Below are positions 63,622-64,000 of a stretch of DNA of 64,000 nucleotides, in pieces (position 1 is the first letter of the stretch; the number at the start of each line of letters is the position of its first letter). The position numbers and the translations under genes were made by a program. The notes below the pieces were generated by a model, which worked only from the letters and a program-made list of their open reading frames with translations, searched no databases and was not told the DNA's origin. Source of the stretch: a virus (lineage: Duplodnaviria; Caudoviricetes); IMG/VR virus record IMGVR_UViG_3300034127_000005, positions 34,293 through 98,292 of that record; one strand, given 5' to 3'.

Positions 63622-64000
63622 ATGAACGTAATGGCCCAAGCACACAAAGAAGCTCGTTTCATCATGAGCACTGGTGTAAACACTACGTATCGTGTTGTCT
63701 TCAAAGGTGCATTGATTACAGCCCACAAGGAATACAAAGCCATGAATCAAGTTGAATTGCTCAAAGCCGACACCATCGCCAAGTTTGAAGCTCGTGTGGT
63801 AGAGTTGCAAAACATTCTCACTACACCAGATGCCAACAAATTCATGGTCGTGTGCGGTGATGAACACCCTATACCGATCAACTTCGAAGCGACCGACCCT
63901 AAATGGCCTTGGACTAATGTCGAAGGTGCTACAAAATGGAATAGTGTCCAGTTCGCAAATGCGAATGCTTCCAAAGTGGTTAACGGTAATGCACAAGTGG
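63622..64000 (+). CDS. Early hypothetical protein, truncated by window end
   Basis: Promoter TTGACG-N16-TAGAAT (63545-63572); frame open to the end; alternative in-frame start 63742. Confidence 0.6.
   Translation, partial: MNVMAQAHKEARFIMSTGVNTTYRVVFKGALITAHKEYKAMNQVELLKADTIAKFEARVVELQNILTTPDANKFMVVCGDEHPIPINFEATDPKWPWTNVEGATKWNSVQFANANASKVVNGNAQV

Overview
The window is 64 kb of a lytic, contractile-tailed (myovirus) dsDNA phage genome, almost all coded on the + strand. Gene order and content, plus a Pseudomonas-type parS palindrome, suggest a Pseudomonas phage of the PAK_P1/phiPsa374-like kind (inferred, not searched). Layout: 47-24128 packaging, head, tail, baseplate and fibre genes; 24130-26097 lysis cassette; about 26100-30700 small accessory genes; 30694-46480 replication and nucleotide metabolism (primase-helicase, family A DNA polymerase, SSB, exonucleases, HNH nucleases, ThyX, NrdAB); 46500-54930 small middle genes (MazG-like, XRE regulator, nucleotidyltransferase); about 54930-55520 repeat-rich non-coding segment, a likely genome end or terminal repeat; 55520-64000 early region of promoter+gene cassettes. 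I saw no tRNA gene, CRISPR array or integrase. Main observations: (1) a self-contained unit of promoter, 204-aa helical protein, ~295-nt closed structured ncRNA (T-loop hairpin plus 11 phased 7-8-nt A-leading repeats) and terminator at 28204-29211, a candidate undescribed ribonucleoprotein system; (2) a near-perfect chromosomal parS palindrome in the leader of an early DGQHR/DndB (ParB-like fold) gene at 59032-60530; (3) sigma70 promoters carrying co-varying inverted repeats over the -10 or -35 element; (4) three tandem acidic proteins sharing a W-x-[SAP]-S-x(1,2)-C motif near a Pol-beta-type nucleotidyltransferase; (5) a -1 frameshift site in the tail chaperone. Family assignments come from motif recognition by eye, not database searches.
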